64,000 nt of DNA from Alphaproteobacteria bacterium (GCA_964291285.2 OZ219787.1:512001-576000); one strand, 5' to 3'. Shown: positions 18,149 through 27,941, counted from the stretch's first letter. The notes: generated by a model not told the origin, from the letters alone. Program-made: numbers and translations.

Positions 18149-18996
18149 CCGCAGGGGGCTGGTTCGAGGAAGCCATCCACGCCCACGCGACCCAGAAGCT
18201 CGAAATCACGCAGGTCCTCTACAGTTCCGATACGGACCTGCAGAAGATCGTCATCTTCGAGAACCCGACGTTCGGGCGGGTGATGACGCTCGACGACGTG
18301 GTGCAGGTCACCGAGGGCGACGAGTTCATCTATCACGAGATGATGGCGCATGTGCCGATCCTCGCGCACGGCTCGGTCCGTGATGTGCTGGTCGTCGGCG
18401 GCGGCGACGGCGGGCTCCTGGAGGAGGTGCTGAAACACCCGGTCAAGCGCGCCACCATGGTGGAGATCGACCGGAGTGTGGTGGACCTCGCCCGGCAGTA
18501 TCTGCCGTCAATCTGCAAGGGCGCGTTCGACGACCCGCGCGCGGAACTCGTCATCGCCGACGGCGCGCGTTTCGTCACCGAGACGGACAGCCGCTACGAC
18601 GTGATCCTGATCGATTCGACCGACCCCATCGGTCCCGGCGAGATCCTGTTCCAGCGCGAGTTCTATGCCGGCTGCAAGCGTTGCCTGAAGCCGGGCGGCA
18701 TACTGGTGACGCAGAACGGCGTGGCCTTCGTGCAGGGCGAGGAGCTGACCTCCTCCTGGCGTCATTTCAACGCGCTGTTCGCCGACCCCGCCGCTTATGC
18801 CGTCGCGGTGCCGACCTACATCTGGGGCTTCATGGCGCTCGGCTGGGCCAGCGACGACCCGGACCATCGCCGGAGGCCGCTGGAGGCGATCCGGGAGCGT
18901 TATGCTGCGGCCGGCCTGGACACGCGCTATTACAATCCGGAAATCCATCTCGGCGCCTTTGCGCTGCCGACCTACATGAAGGAGTTGATGCAGTGA
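18145..18996 (+). CDS. speE: Polyamine aminopropyltransferase (spermidine synthase)
   Basis: DEFIYHEMMAH, VLVVGGGDGG, VEID, DSTDPIGPG; GTGA overlap with speD. Confidence 0.93.
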   Translation: MTAGGWFEEAIHAHATQKLEITQVLYSSDTDLQKIVIFENPTFGRVMTLDDVVQVTEGDEFIYHEMMAHVPILAHGSVRDVLVVGGGDGGLLEEVLKHPVKRATMVEIDRSVVDLARQYLPSICKGAFDDPRAELVIADGARFVTETDSRYDVILIDSTDPIGPGEILFQREFYAGCKRCLKPGGILVTQNGVAFVQGEELTSSWRHFNALFADPAAYAVAVPTYIWGFMALGWASDDPDHRRRPLEAIRERYAAAGLDTRYYNPEIHLGAFALPTYMKELMQ

Positions 18997-19868
18997 CCGC
19001 CGATGCCGGGACAATGCCGATGGAAGTCGTCCCGACGGGCTTTGCGCTCGGCGCTGAGATACGCGGCATCGATGTCCGCAAGCCGGTACCGCCGGAGGCG
19101 GGCGAAGCGCTGCGCGAGGCCTGGAAACAGCATCTCGTGCTGCTGTTCCGCGGCCAGACGGGTCTGAGCGACGAGGAGCTGATCGCCTTCACCCGCGTCT
19201 TCGGGCCGCTGCAGGAGGCGCCCAACAGCGAGGTGACGGCCGGTTTCGGCTCGTTCAGCGACGTGCCCCCGGAAGTGACGATCATCTCCAATATCGAGGT
19301 GGACGGCCGTCAGATCGGCGCGCTCGGTGCGGGCGAAGCGGACTGGCACACCGACATGTCGTTCATCGAAGAGCCGCCCGCCGGCTCCTGCCTCTACGCC
19401 ATCGAGATACCGCCCGCAGGGGGCAACACCTGCTTCACCAACATGCACCGCGCACTGGACAGCGAAACGGCGAACGCGGTGAAAGACGCCCGGTGCGTCC
19501 ACGACGAGTCGCTGACCTCGACCGGCGCGCAACGACAGGGCGTGCCTGCGGTCACCGATGTACGCGCGACGCCGGGAGCGCGCCATCCCGTACTGCGAAC
19601 CCACCCCGACACAGGACGCAAGGCGCTCTTTCTCGGACGGCGGCGCAATGCCTGGCTCGTCGGCTTCGAGGTCGGGGAAAGCGAACGCCTGCTCGACCGC
19701 CTCTGGTCCCATGCAGCGGATGAAGCCCACGTCTGGGAGCACCGCTGGCGCGCGGGCGATATCGTGCTTTGGGACAACCGCGCCGTCATGCACCGGCGAG
19801 ACCCCTTCGACCCGGCGACTCGCCGCCTGATGCACCGAACACAGGTCAAGGGCGGCAGGCCTTACTGA
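18993..19868 (+). CDS. TauD/TfdA family Fe(II)/2-oxoglutarate dioxygenase
   Basis: LGAEIRGID, WHTDMSF (HxD), HPVLRTHPDTGRKAL, WDNRAVMHRR; GTGA overlap with speE. Confidence 0.9.
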   Translation: MTADAGTMPMEVVPTGFALGAEIRGIDVRKPVPPEAGEALREAWKQHLVLLFRGQTGLSDEELIAFTRVFGPLQEAPNSEVTAGFGSFSDVPPEVTIISNIEVDGRQIGALGAGEADWHTDMSFIEEPPAGSCLYAIEIPPAGGNTCFTNMHRALDSETANAVKDARCVHDESLTSTGAQRQGVPAVTDVRATPGARHPVLRTHPDTGRKALFLGRRRNAWLVGFEVGESERLLDRLWSHAADEAHVWEHRWRAGDIVLWDNRAVMHRRDPFDPATRRLMHRTQVKGGRPY

Positions 19869-19980
19869 CCGGGTTCACGCCCGTCAAAGCCGGGGCTGAA
19901 GCGGCCATAGCGACACCGGTCCGGGAAACCGGCGCAACTCGTCTTGCGCATGGGCGGCGGCGGGCCTAAGAGGGGCCGCC

Positions 19981-20898
19981 ATGCAGATATATCTGCCGGT
20001 TGCCGAACTTTCGGTCGATGTCTTTCTGTTGCTGGGGATGGGCGCCGGAGTCGGCGTGTTGTCCGGCCTGTTCGGGGTCGGCGGCGGTTTCCTGATGACG
20101 CCGCTCCTGATCTTCATCGGCATTCCGCCGCCGGTCGCGGTGGCGAGCGAGGCGAACCAGCTCGTCGCCACCTCGGTTTCCGGCGTGCTGGCCCATTGGC
20201 GGCGCGGCGCGGTCGATTTCAAGATGGGCCTCGTTCTGCTGTCGGGCGGCGTGCTGGGCTCGGCGCTTGGCGTCTGGCTGTTCAAGCTGCTGCGCGGCAT
20301 CGGCCAGATCGATCTGGCGATCTCGCTCTGCTACGTGGTGTTCCTCGGCATCGTCGGCGCACTGATGATGGCGGAGAGCCTGCGCGCGCTGCTGCGCAAG
20401 CAGAGGGGCGTGGCGCGGCGCGGCAAGCTGCACCGCCACACCTGGATCCACGGCCTGCCGCTCAAGATGCGGTTCCAGAAGTCGCGCCTCTATATCAGTG
20501 CCGTGATGCCGTTCCTGATCGGGCTGCTGGTCGGCCTGCTGGCGGCGATCATGGGCGTGGGCGGCGGCTTCATCATGGTGCCGGCGATGATCTACCTGCT
20601 CGGCATGCCGACCGCCATGGTGGCCGGCACCTCGCTGTTCCAGATCCTGTTTGTTGTCTCGACCGTCACCCTGCTCCAGTCGGCCGCCAACCAGACTGTG
20701 GATGTGATCCTGGCGCTGCTGCTGCTGGCGGGCTCGGTGGTGGGCGTCCAGGTGGGCACCCGTCTCGGTGCAAGGCTGCCGAGCGAGCAGTTCCGCGTGC
20801 TCCTGGCTGCGCTCGTGCTGGCTGTCTGCCTCAAGCTGCTTTTCGACCTTGTGACCGCGCCGGACGACCTGTTCTCGCTTCAGCCGGGCCTGCTCTGA
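19981..20898 (+). CDS. TSUP (TauE/SafE) family transporter
   Basis: MQIYLPVAE, GLFGVGGGFLMTP and a second GVGGGFIMVP repeat. Confidence 0.92.
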   Translation: MQIYLPVAELSVDVFLLLGMGAGVGVLSGLFGVGGGFLMTPLLIFIGIPPPVAVASEANQLVATSVSGVLAHWRRGAVDFKMGLVLLSGGVLGSALGVWLFKLLRGIGQIDLAISLCYVVFLGIVGALMMAESLRALLRKQRGVARRGKLHRHTWIHGLPLKMRFQKSRLYISAVMPFLIGLLVGLLAAIMGVGGGFIMVPAMIYLLGMPTAMVAGTSLFQILFVVSTVTLLQSAANQTVDVILALLLLAGSVVGVQVGTRLGARLPSEQFRVLLAALVLAVCLKLLFDLVTAPDDLFSLQPGLL

Positions 20899-21644
20899 TG
20901 CGCTTGCTGGCTACGATGGTCCTTCTCGCTGCAGCGGTGCCCGCATCGGCAGCTCAGTTCGTGGTCGATGTTTCCGAACGGACCGTTGCCATCACGGCCG
21001 GATTCACCGGGGCCGAGCTCGTTGTTTTCGGGACCGCGGCGGAAGCGCAGGGATCGGTCGGGGAAGAACGCGGCGTCATCGTGGTGATTCGAGGGCCCGA
21101 ACAGCCGACGGTGGTCCGCCGCAAGGAGCGCCATTTCGGGGTCTGGGCCAATCACGCCGGGGTGGCCTTTCCGGAAGCGCCGGCTTTCGTCTGGGTCGCT
21201 GCGAGCGAAGCCTTCGCCGACCGGCCGCTCACCGAGGTTCTGGCGAGCTACAGGATCGGACAGGACTTCCTCGCCCCCTCGCCCGCGGGCGAGGACATTG
21301 AGGCGCTGGAAGTGTTCCAGGCCGCTCTCCTGCGGCGCAAACAGGTGAACGGCCTCTACTCGGCCAAGTTCGGGCGCGTCGAATTCCTGGGGGAACATCT
21401 GTTCCGCACACGCGTCGCCTTTCCCGCCAATGTTCCCGTCGGCAGCTACCGGATCGAGGTGTTCGAGCTGCGCGGCCCCAATGTGGTGAATGTCACGGCA
21501 AGCGCGCTCCATGTCCGGAAAGCCGGCCTCGAAGCGGCCGTGTTCCGCTTCGCGCACGATTTCCCCATCCTGCACGGTCTCGTTGCCATCCTTCTGGCCT
21601 TGATGGCAGGATGGCTCGCAGGCGCCGTCGCGCGGAGAACCTGA
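20898..21644 (+). CDS. TIGR02186-like conserved alphaproteobacterial membrane protein
   Basis: Signal peptide, ITAGFTGAELVVFG, VRRKER..GVWAN, LFRT, PANVPVGSY, C-terminal TM helix; TGATG coupling to TSUP. Confidence 0.85.
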   Translation: MRLLATMVLLAAAVPASAAQFVVDVSERTVAITAGFTGAELVVFGTAAEAQGSVGEERGVIVVIRGPEQPTVVRRKERHFGVWANHAGVAFPEAPAFVWVAASEAFADRPLTEVLASYRIGQDFLAPSPAGEDIEALEVFQAALLRRKQVNGLYSAKFGRVEFLGEHLFRTRVAFPANVPVGSYRIEVFELRGPNVVNVTASALHVRKAGLEAAVFRFAHDFPILHGLVAILLALMAGWLAGAVARRT

Positions 21645-21648
21645 CTCC

Positions 21649-22134
21649 TTGACCGAGCTTCCTTCCCCCTCGACGCGGACTTTGCTCTGCGTCGTCGACG
21701 AGAGCGACGAACTGCCGGTGGCGCTGACCTTCGCCGCGCTCAGGTCCCGGCGCACGGGCAGCCATGTCGGCCTGCTGTACGTCATCGACACGCCGGCGGA
21801 TTTCCAGCACTGGTCGGCCGTCGGCGACCTCATGCGGGAGGAAGCGCGCGAGCATGCCGAGACGGTCATCCTGCAGGCGGCGGCGCGGGTCCAGCGCCTG
21901 TCGGGCCGGGTACCCTCGCTGGCGATCCGCGAAGGCGACAAGGTGGACGAGACGATACAGGCCTGCGAGGAGGACCCGTCGGTCGCCTTCCTGATCCTGG
22001 CGTCCGACACGGGCCCCAAGGGACCGGGTCCCCTGATATCCTCGCTCACGGGCAAATCGGTCGGCCGGCTTCAGGTGCCAGTGGTCATCCTGCCGGGCAA
22101 CCTCTCCGAAGACGAAATAACCCGTTTCGCCTGA
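21649..22134 (+). CDS. Universal stress protein
   Basis: LCVVDES, FQHW..VGDLMREEA, GPGPLISSL, PVVILPG. Confidence 0.88.
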   Translation: MTELPSPSTRTLLCVVDESDELPVALTFAALRSRRTGSHVGLLYVIDTPADFQHWSAVGDLMREEAREHAETVILQAAARVQRLSGRVPSLAIREGDKVDETIQACEEDPSVAFLILASDTGPKGPGPLISSLTGKSVGRLQVPVVILPGNLSEDEITRFA

Positions 22135-22161
22135 CGGAGCCGGGAGCGCGCCGCGCCATCC

Positions 22162-22220
22162 TTGACAACCCGTCGCGACAATAGTTTGTATCGTTCCCGG
22201 GGGCGGATCGATATTGTCGC
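22162..22220 (+). promoter_or_regulatory. Putative aprM promoter/operator
   Basis: TTGACA at 22162-22167; 9-bp inverted repeat GCGACAATA (22175-22183)/TATTGTCGC (22212-22220); no ideal -10 spacing. Confidence 0.35.
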
Positions 22221-22261
22221 TCAGGGCGTTTAACGGAACAGGCTGAAATCGGGGCAATCGC

Positions 22262-23047
22262 GTGTTCACCAGTAATCCCTTCGCCGCGCTTTCGGGGTCG
22301 ATCGACCCCGGTGTCATGCAGACCTATGTGGTCGTCATGATCGCCCTGGTCGTGGGCGGCACCCTGTTCGACATCTGGCACAAGGGCAGCGCCGCCTATT
22401 TCTTCCGCAGCTGGCGGAAAACGCAGGACAGGGGAACGCGCCGCGTCGGCGGCGGGGAAATGTCGGCGCTTGCCGTCCGGACCGCCCTGGCGGAGGGCCT
22501 GACGTCCGCCGAATTCGGCCCGGGGCGCCGCCGGACAGCGCACCTGCTGACGATGTACGGTTTCCTGGCCTACATCGTCACCACCGTCATCATGGTGTTC
22601 TGGTTCCCGACGCCCGCCACACCGACGCCCGCCATACTGCCGCAGCTGTGGGTCATCGGGGCCCTGCTGGTCTGCGTCGGCGGCTACTGGTTCTGGTTCT
22701 TCATCCGGGTCGATGTGGCGGCCGAGGGCCACACGCCCTTCCGGGTGGTGCGCGCCGACCTGTTCATCCTCTCGCTCCTGGCCAGCACGACGCTGGGGCT
22801 GATCTGGGCCGGCCTGCAGGCGATGGAGAGTTCGTGGACGACCGTGTTCCTGGGCCTCTACCTCATCGCCACGACAGTGCTGTTCGGGTCCGTTCCATGG
22901 TCCAAGTTCTCGCACATGTTCTACAAGCCCGCAGCGGCTCTGGAGAAACGGGTGTCGGAGGCGACCGGTTCGAGGCGCAACCTCCCGGCTCCCGCGGACA
23001 AGCCGGAAATGTTCGGCAGTGCGCGCGAAAGGCCCCGCCACTACTGA
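22262..23047 (+). CDS. aprM: Adenylylsulfate reductase membrane anchor AprM
   Basis: Multi-TM protein with HKGSA.YFF, AHLLTMYGF, GGYWFWFFIRVDV, VPWSKFSHMFYKP; directly upstream of aprB. Confidence 0.88.
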   Translation: MFTSNPFAALSGSIDPGVMQTYVVVMIALVVGGTLFDIWHKGSAAYFFRSWRKTQDRGTRRVGGGEMSALAVRTALAEGLTSAEFGPGRRRTAHLLTMYGFLAYIVTTVIMVFWFPTPATPTPAILPQLWVIGALLVCVGGYWFWFFIRVDVAAEGHTPFRVVRADLFILSLLASTTLGLIWAGLQAMESSWTTVFLGLYLIATTVLFGSVPWSKFSHMFYKPAAALEKRVSEATGSRRNLPAPADKPEMFGSARERPRHY

Positions 23048-23089
23048 TCGGCCCGTATCGGTCGTTAATGGAGGAGATAACGGAACCCG

Positions 23090-23551
23090 ATGCCGACATT
23101 CGTTTATATGACCAGTTGCGACGGCTGCGGATATTGCGTGGATATCTGCCCGTCCGACATCATGCACATCGATAAGACCACCCGGCGCGCCTACAACATC
23201 GAGCCCAACATGTGCTGGGAGTGCTACTCCTGCGTGAAGGCCTGCCCGCAGCACGCCATCGACTGCCGCGGCTACGCCGACTTCGCGCCCCTGGGCCACA
23301 GCGTCCGGGTGCTGAGGGAGGAAGAGAAGGGCGCCATTTCCTGGAAGATCAAGTTCCGGGACGGCCAGGAAAAGGATTTCGTTTCCCCGATCCGGACCGA
23401 GCCCTGGGGATCGATCAAGCCGCCGGCCGACTACGAGGCGCCCACCGCCGAAGCGATGAAATCCCAGCAACTCGCGCACGAGCCGGATGCGCTCCACATC
23501 GAGGCCCTGCCCACGCTGCAGCCGGACCGAACCAGTGAGGGAGGCCACTAG
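23090..23551 (+). CDS. aprB: Adenylylsulfate reductase beta subunit
   Basis: MPTFVYMTSCDGCGYCVDICPSD and CWECYSCVKACP 4Fe-4S motifs, RGYADFAP. Confidence 0.96.
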   Translation: MPTFVYMTSCDGCGYCVDICPSDIMHIDKTTRRAYNIEPNMCWECYSCVKACPQHAIDCRGYADFAPLGHSVRVLREEEKGAISWKIKFRDGQEKDFVSPIRTEPWGSIKPPADYEAPTAEAMKSQQLAHEPDALHIEALPTLQPDRTSEGGH

Positions 23552-25395
23552 TGAGTTTGTTCGCTCGCCGGAAAACGGTTTTCGTGGACGCGGATATCCT
23601 GGTCGTCGGCGGCGGCATGGCCGGCTGCGGGGCTACCTACGAAGCCGGCTATTGGGGGCGCGACCTGAAGGTGGTCTGCGTCGAGAAGGCGAACATCGAG
23701 CGCAGCGGCGCCGTCGCCCAGGGCCTGTATGCGATCAACTGCTACATGGGCATGCAGTGGAACGAGAACCAGCCCGAGGACCATGTCCGCTACGCCCGGA
23801 ACGACCTCATGGGCCTGGTGCGCGAGGATCTGGGCTTCGACATCGCCCGGCATGTCGACTCCACGGTGCACAAGTTCGAGGAGTGGGGCCTTCCCATCAT
23901 GAAGGACCCGGAAACCGGGCGTTATCTGCGCGAAGGCAAGTGGCAGATCATGATCCACGGCGAGAGCTACAAGCCCATCGTCGCGGAGGCCGCCCGCAAG
24001 GCCGCCACCGAAGTCTACAACCGGATCATGGTGACCCACCTGCTGACGGACTCCAAAAATCCGAACCGCGTCGCCGGCGCCGTCGGGTTCAATGTCCGCA
24101 CGGGGGATTTCTACGTCTTCCGCGCGAAGGCGGTCATCGTGTCCGCCGGCGGCGCCTCGCACATCTTCAAGCCCCGGGCGGTGGGCGAAGGCATGGGGCG
24201 CACCTGGTACGCCCCCTGGAGCAGCGCCTCGGCCTATGCGCTGCCGATCCTTGTCGGCGCCAAGATGACCCAGATGGAGAACCGGGTCGTCCTCACCCGC
24301 TTCAAGGACGGCTACGGTCCGGTCGGCGCCTATTTCCTCCACCTCAAGACGTACACCGAGAACGCCTACGGGGAGGAATACGAGTCGAAATGGTACGACC
24401 ACACCAAGGAGCTGGTCGGGGACTATATCGACCGGCATCCGGTGCCTACCTGCCTGCGCAACCACGCCTTCCTGGAGGAGGTCAAGGCCGGCGGAGGCCC
24501 GATCCGGATGGTGACGAAGGAAGCCTTCGCCGATCCTCATCTGGAGCAGGTCGGCTGGGAGAACTTCCTCGGCATGACCATCGGACAGGCGGTCGTCTGG
24601 GCGTCCCAGAACATCGACCCCAAGCACACCAATCCTGAACTGACCACGTCCGAGCCCTACGTCATGGGATCGCACGCCACCTGCTCGGGCGCCTGGGCGA
24701 GCGGACCGGAAGACTGCGCGCCGGCGGATTACCAGTGGGGATACAACCGGATGATGTCCGTCGAGGGGCTGTTCGGCGCCGGCGACACCATCGGCGGCAC
24801 CGCCCACAAGTTCTCGTCGGGGTCCTTCACGGAGGGCCGGATCGCCGGCAAGGCGGCGGTCAACTACGTCAACGACATGAAGGGCGACCGGCCCCAGGTG
24901 AGCGAGCGGGAATACGAAGACCTCAAGAGGACCGTCTTCCAGCCGCTGGAGACCTACCGGGTCGGCCGCAACGAGATCGTCGCGGGCACGGTCTCGCCGA
25001 GCTACATCCTGCCGATCCACGGCCTTCAGCGCCTCGAAAAGATCATGGACGACTATGTCGGCGGCATCAGCTCGAATTACGTCACGAACGAACCCATGCT
25101 CACCCGCGGGCTGGAACTGCTGACCATGCTGAAGGAAGACCTCGGCAGCCTCGGGGCCGAAGACCTCCACCAGCTCCAGCGGGCGTGGGAGCTTCACCAC
25201 CGGGTCCTGGCCTCGGAGTCCGTGACGCACCACACGATGTTCAGGACGGAAACCCGGTGGCCGGGATATTACTACCGGGCCGACCATCCGAAGCTGGACG
25301 ACGCCGACTGGCACTGCTTCACCCTGTCCCGCTACGACCGGGAAACCGGGGAATGGACCATGGAGAAGGCCCCCGTCCACCACATCATCGACTAG
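23551..25395 (+). CDS. aprA: Adenylylsulfate reductase alpha subunit
   Basis: GGGMAGCG, RSGAVAQGL.AIN, DLMGLVRED, WQIMIHGESYK, HKFSSGSFTEG, ETRWPGYYYR. Confidence 0.96.
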   Translation: MSLFARRKTVFVDADILVVGGGMAGCGATYEAGYWGRDLKVVCVEKANIERSGAVAQGLYAINCYMGMQWNENQPEDHVRYARNDLMGLVREDLGFDIARHVDSTVHKFEEWGLPIMKDPETGRYLREGKWQIMIHGESYKPIVAEAARKAATEVYNRIMVTHLLTDSKNPNRVAGAVGFNVRTGDFYVFRAKAVIVSAGGASHIFKPRAVGEGMGRTWYAPWSSASAYALPILVGAKMTQMENRVVLTRFKDGYGPVGAYFLHLKTYTENAYGEEYESKWYDHTKELVGDYIDRHPVPTCLRNHAFLEEVKAGGGPIRMVTKEAFADPHLEQVGWENFLGMTIGQAVVWASQNIDPKHTNPELTTSEPYVMGSHATCSGAWASGPEDCAPADYQWGYNRMMSVEGLFGAGDTIGGTAHKFSSGSFTEGRIAGKAAVNYVNDMKGDRPQVSEREYEDLKRTVFQPLETYRVGRNEIVAGTVSPSYILPIHGLQRLEKIMDDYVGGISSNYVTNEPMLTRGLELLTMLKEDLGSLGAEDLHQLQRAWELHHRVLASESVTHHTMFRTETRWPGYYYRADHPKLDDADWHCFTLSRYDRETGEWTMEKAPVHHIID

Positions 25396-25423
25396 CCCCC
25401 GTCTCCTGCCCCGGTAACGTCCC

Positions 25424-26683
25424 TTGTCGACGCTGATCGCCCCGCACGGCAATGCCGCCCTGAAGCCCCTGCTGCTGCCCCCGGAGGAGCGGGGCGAGGG
25501 TCTGCAGAGGGCGCGCACCCTGAAGAAGCTGCCGCTCTCGAGCCGCGAGGTCTCGGACCTCTTCATGCTCGCCATGGGCGCCTACACGCCGCTTGACGGG
25601 TTCATGGGCGCGGCCGACTGGCGCGGCGCGTGCCTCGACATGCGGCTGGAGAACGGGCTCTTCTGGCCGCTGCCGATCACGCTTTCCTGCGGCGAAGACT
25701 TCGCCGTCGCCGTGGGCGAAGACGTGGCGCTGACGGACGAGGGAGGGGAAATCCTCGGCGTTCTCACGGTCACCGAGAAATACGCCATCGACAAGACCCT
25801 CGAGTGCCAGGAGGTCTATCGCACTGCCGATGAGGCCCATCCGGGCGTCGCCAAGGTGATGGCGCAGGGCGCCGTCAACCTGGCGGGCCCGATGTCGGTG
25901 TTTTCCGAGGGCCACTTTCCCGAGACCTATCGCGGGCTTTACCTGCGCCCGGCCGAAACCCGGGCGCTGTTCGCCGAAAAGGGCTGGTCCACGGTCGCCG
26001 CCTTCCAGACCCGCAACCCCATGCACCGCAGCCACGAGTTTCTCGCCAAGGTCGCCATCGAGGTGTGCGACGGGCTGCTCATCCACCAGGTCCTGGGCGC
26101 GCTCAAGGAAGGCGACATTCCGGCCGAGGTCCGGGTCCGCGCCATCGACTGGCTGGTCGCCAACCACTTTGCGCAAGGCAAGGTGGTCCAGGCCGGCTAT
26201 CCGATAGAGATGCGCTATGCCGGCCCCCGGGAGGCGCTGCTGCACGCGCTGTTCCGCCAGAATTTCGGCTGCTCGCACCTGGTGGTGGGGCGCGACCATG
26301 CCGGGCTCGGCGGCTATTACGGGCCCTACGACGCACACCGCATATTCGATGGGATCGGCGCCGACAGCCTTGCCATCCGGCCGCTGAAGATCGACGACAC
26401 GTTCCATTGCTTCGACTGCGGGGGCATGGCGACCGGCAATGTGTGCTTCGCTGCCGACGATGGGACGGAACCGCCGGGCGAGGAGGAGCGCTATCGCATG
26501 GTGGCGGCGGTGGCGACGGGCAATGCCGCGGGCCGGCCCTGCGCGCAAGGGGACGGCGGCAAGCTCCGCATCTCGGGCACCCGGCTGCGCGAGATGTTCG
26601 CCGGCGGTGAGACGATCCCGCCCGAATACAGCCGCGGCGGGGTGGCCGCCATCCTCCAGGCCTATTACGACGGCGCCGCTTGA
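25424..26683 (+). CDS. sat: Sulfate adenylyltransferase (dissimilatory-type ATP sulfurylase)
   Basis: PHG, FWPLPITL, HPGV, FQTRNPMHRSHE, MRYAGPREALLHA, GRDHAG, ISGT. Confidence 0.94.
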   Translation: MSTLIAPHGNAALKPLLLPPEERGEGLQRARTLKKLPLSSREVSDLFMLAMGAYTPLDGFMGAADWRGACLDMRLENGLFWPLPITLSCGEDFAVAVGEDVALTDEGGEILGVLTVTEKYAIDKTLECQEVYRTADEAHPGVAKVMAQGAVNLAGPMSVFSEGHFPETYRGLYLRPAETRALFAEKGWSTVAAFQTRNPMHRSHEFLAKVAIEVCDGLLIHQVLGALKEGDIPAEVRVRAIDWLVANHFAQGKVVQAGYPIEMRYAGPREALLHALFRQNFGCSHLVVGRDHAGLGGYYGPYDAHRIFDGIGADSLAIRPLKIDDTFHCFDCGGMATGNVCFAADDGTEPPGEEERYRMVAAVATGNAAGRPCAQGDGGKLRISGTRLREMFAGGETIPPEYSRGGVAAILQAYYDGAA

Positions 26684-26740
26684 TTTCGCGGCGGTTCCGG
26701 TCCATCTAGGACCGCATATTGTGCCGGGAGGACGCAGCCG

Positions 26741-27292
26741 ATGTTCATTCAGACCGAACAGACCCCCAACCCCGCAACGCTGAAATTCATTCCCGGCGTG
26801 CAGGTGATGGCGCGCGGCACGGCCGATTTCCCGTCTCCGGAGGGCGCGGAACGCTCGCCGCTGGCCCAGGCGCTGTTCGACGTGCCGGGGGTCCGGGCGG
26901 TGTTTTTCGGCAGCGACTTCGTGACCGTCAGCAAGGACGATGCGCGCGACTGGCAGACGCTGAAGCCGATGATCCTCGGCGCGGTCATGGACCATTTCAT
27001 GGCCGGCCGTCCCGTCATTCTGGCCGGTGACGAGAGCGAGGCCGACGACGGCGCCGAGGACAGCGAGGTCGTCTCGCAGATCAAGGAACTGCTGGAGACG
27101 CGGGTCCGCCCGGCGGTGGCGCAGGACGGCGGCGACATCGTCTTCCGCGCGTTCGAGGACGGCGTCGTCTATCTCAGCATGCAGGGCGCCTGCGCCGGCT
27201 GCCCGAGCTCGACGGCGACGCTCAAGATGGGCGTCGAGAACATGCTGCGCCACTACATCCCGGAAGTCGAAGCGGTTTATCCCGTCCCCTGA
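26741..27292 (+). CDS. NifU/Nfu family Fe-S cluster carrier
   Basis: MFIQTEQTPNPATLKF, RPAVAQDGGDI, GACAGCPSS. Confidence 0.94.
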   Translation: MFIQTEQTPNPATLKFIPGVQVMARGTADFPSPEGAERSPLAQALFDVPGVRAVFFGSDFVTVSKDDARDWQTLKPMILGAVMDHFMAGRPVILAGDESEADDGAEDSEVVSQIKELLETRVRPAVAQDGGDIVFRAFEDGVVYLSMQGACAGCPSSTATLKMGVENMLRHYIPEVEAVYPVP

Positions 27293-27335
27293 GGACGCTC
27301 GGGGCGGGGACCCGCCGGACGACCCCGCGCATCCC

Positions 27336-27941
27336 ATGGTCGAAATCGCGCTCGATTGCGCGGCCAACGCCTGTTCCGTCGCCGTCGCACGGGGCGGAAA
27401 GCCGCTCGCAAGCCATTGGAGGAGGATGGAGCGCGGCCACGCGGAGGCGGCGCCGGTCATGCTGGAACGCGCCATGGCGGACGCCGGCGCGGCCTTTCCC
27501 GAGATTTCGCGAATTGTCGTCACGCGCGGCCCCGGCTCCTTCACCGGCATCCGCATAGCGCTGGCGGCGGCGCGCGGCCTGGCGCTCGTCACCGGAGCCG
27601 GGATTGCGGCCGTGCCGACCTTCGAGGCGCTGCGCCCGGCGGAGCCGCCGGAGGGCCGCCTCTTCGCCGTGCTGGATACCAAACGCGGCAGCCTTTACGC
27701 CGCCGACCTTTCCGGCGCCGCCGAGCCGTTCGTCACGACGGCGGAGGCCCTGCTCGCCGAGGCGCCTTTCACCGTTACCGGCGATGCAGCGGCCGCGCTT
27801 GCGGCGCTTGCGCCGGGCGCGGTCCGGGCGCTCGCGCCGGCAATGCCGGACGCCGCCCGGCTTCTGGGCAGAGTGTTGCCGACCGGCCCTGCCTCGCCGC
27901 TCTACCTCACCGCGCCGCATACGGGGCCCGTCCGGCGGTGA
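27336..27941 (+). CDS. tsaB: tRNA threonylcarbamoyladenosine biosynthesis protein TsaB
   Basis: RGHAE, GPGSFTGIRI motifs; position after nifU. Confidence 0.88.
   Translation: MVEIALDCAANACSVAVARGGKPLASHWRRMERGHAEAAPVMLERAMADAGAAFPEISRIVVTRGPGSFTGIRIALAAARGLALVTGAGIAAVPTFEALRPAEPPEGRLFAVLDTKRGSLYAADLSGAAEPFVTTAEALLAEAPFTVTGDAAAALAALAPGAVRALAPAMPDAARLLGRVLPTGPASPLYLTAPHTGPVRR

Noticed and set aside
16402-18996. 864-aa ORF suggesting a large SpeE fusion
   Set aside because: The N-terminal ~580 aa is an off-frame read-through of the MFS and speD genes; real speE starts at GTG 18145, overlapping the speD stop.
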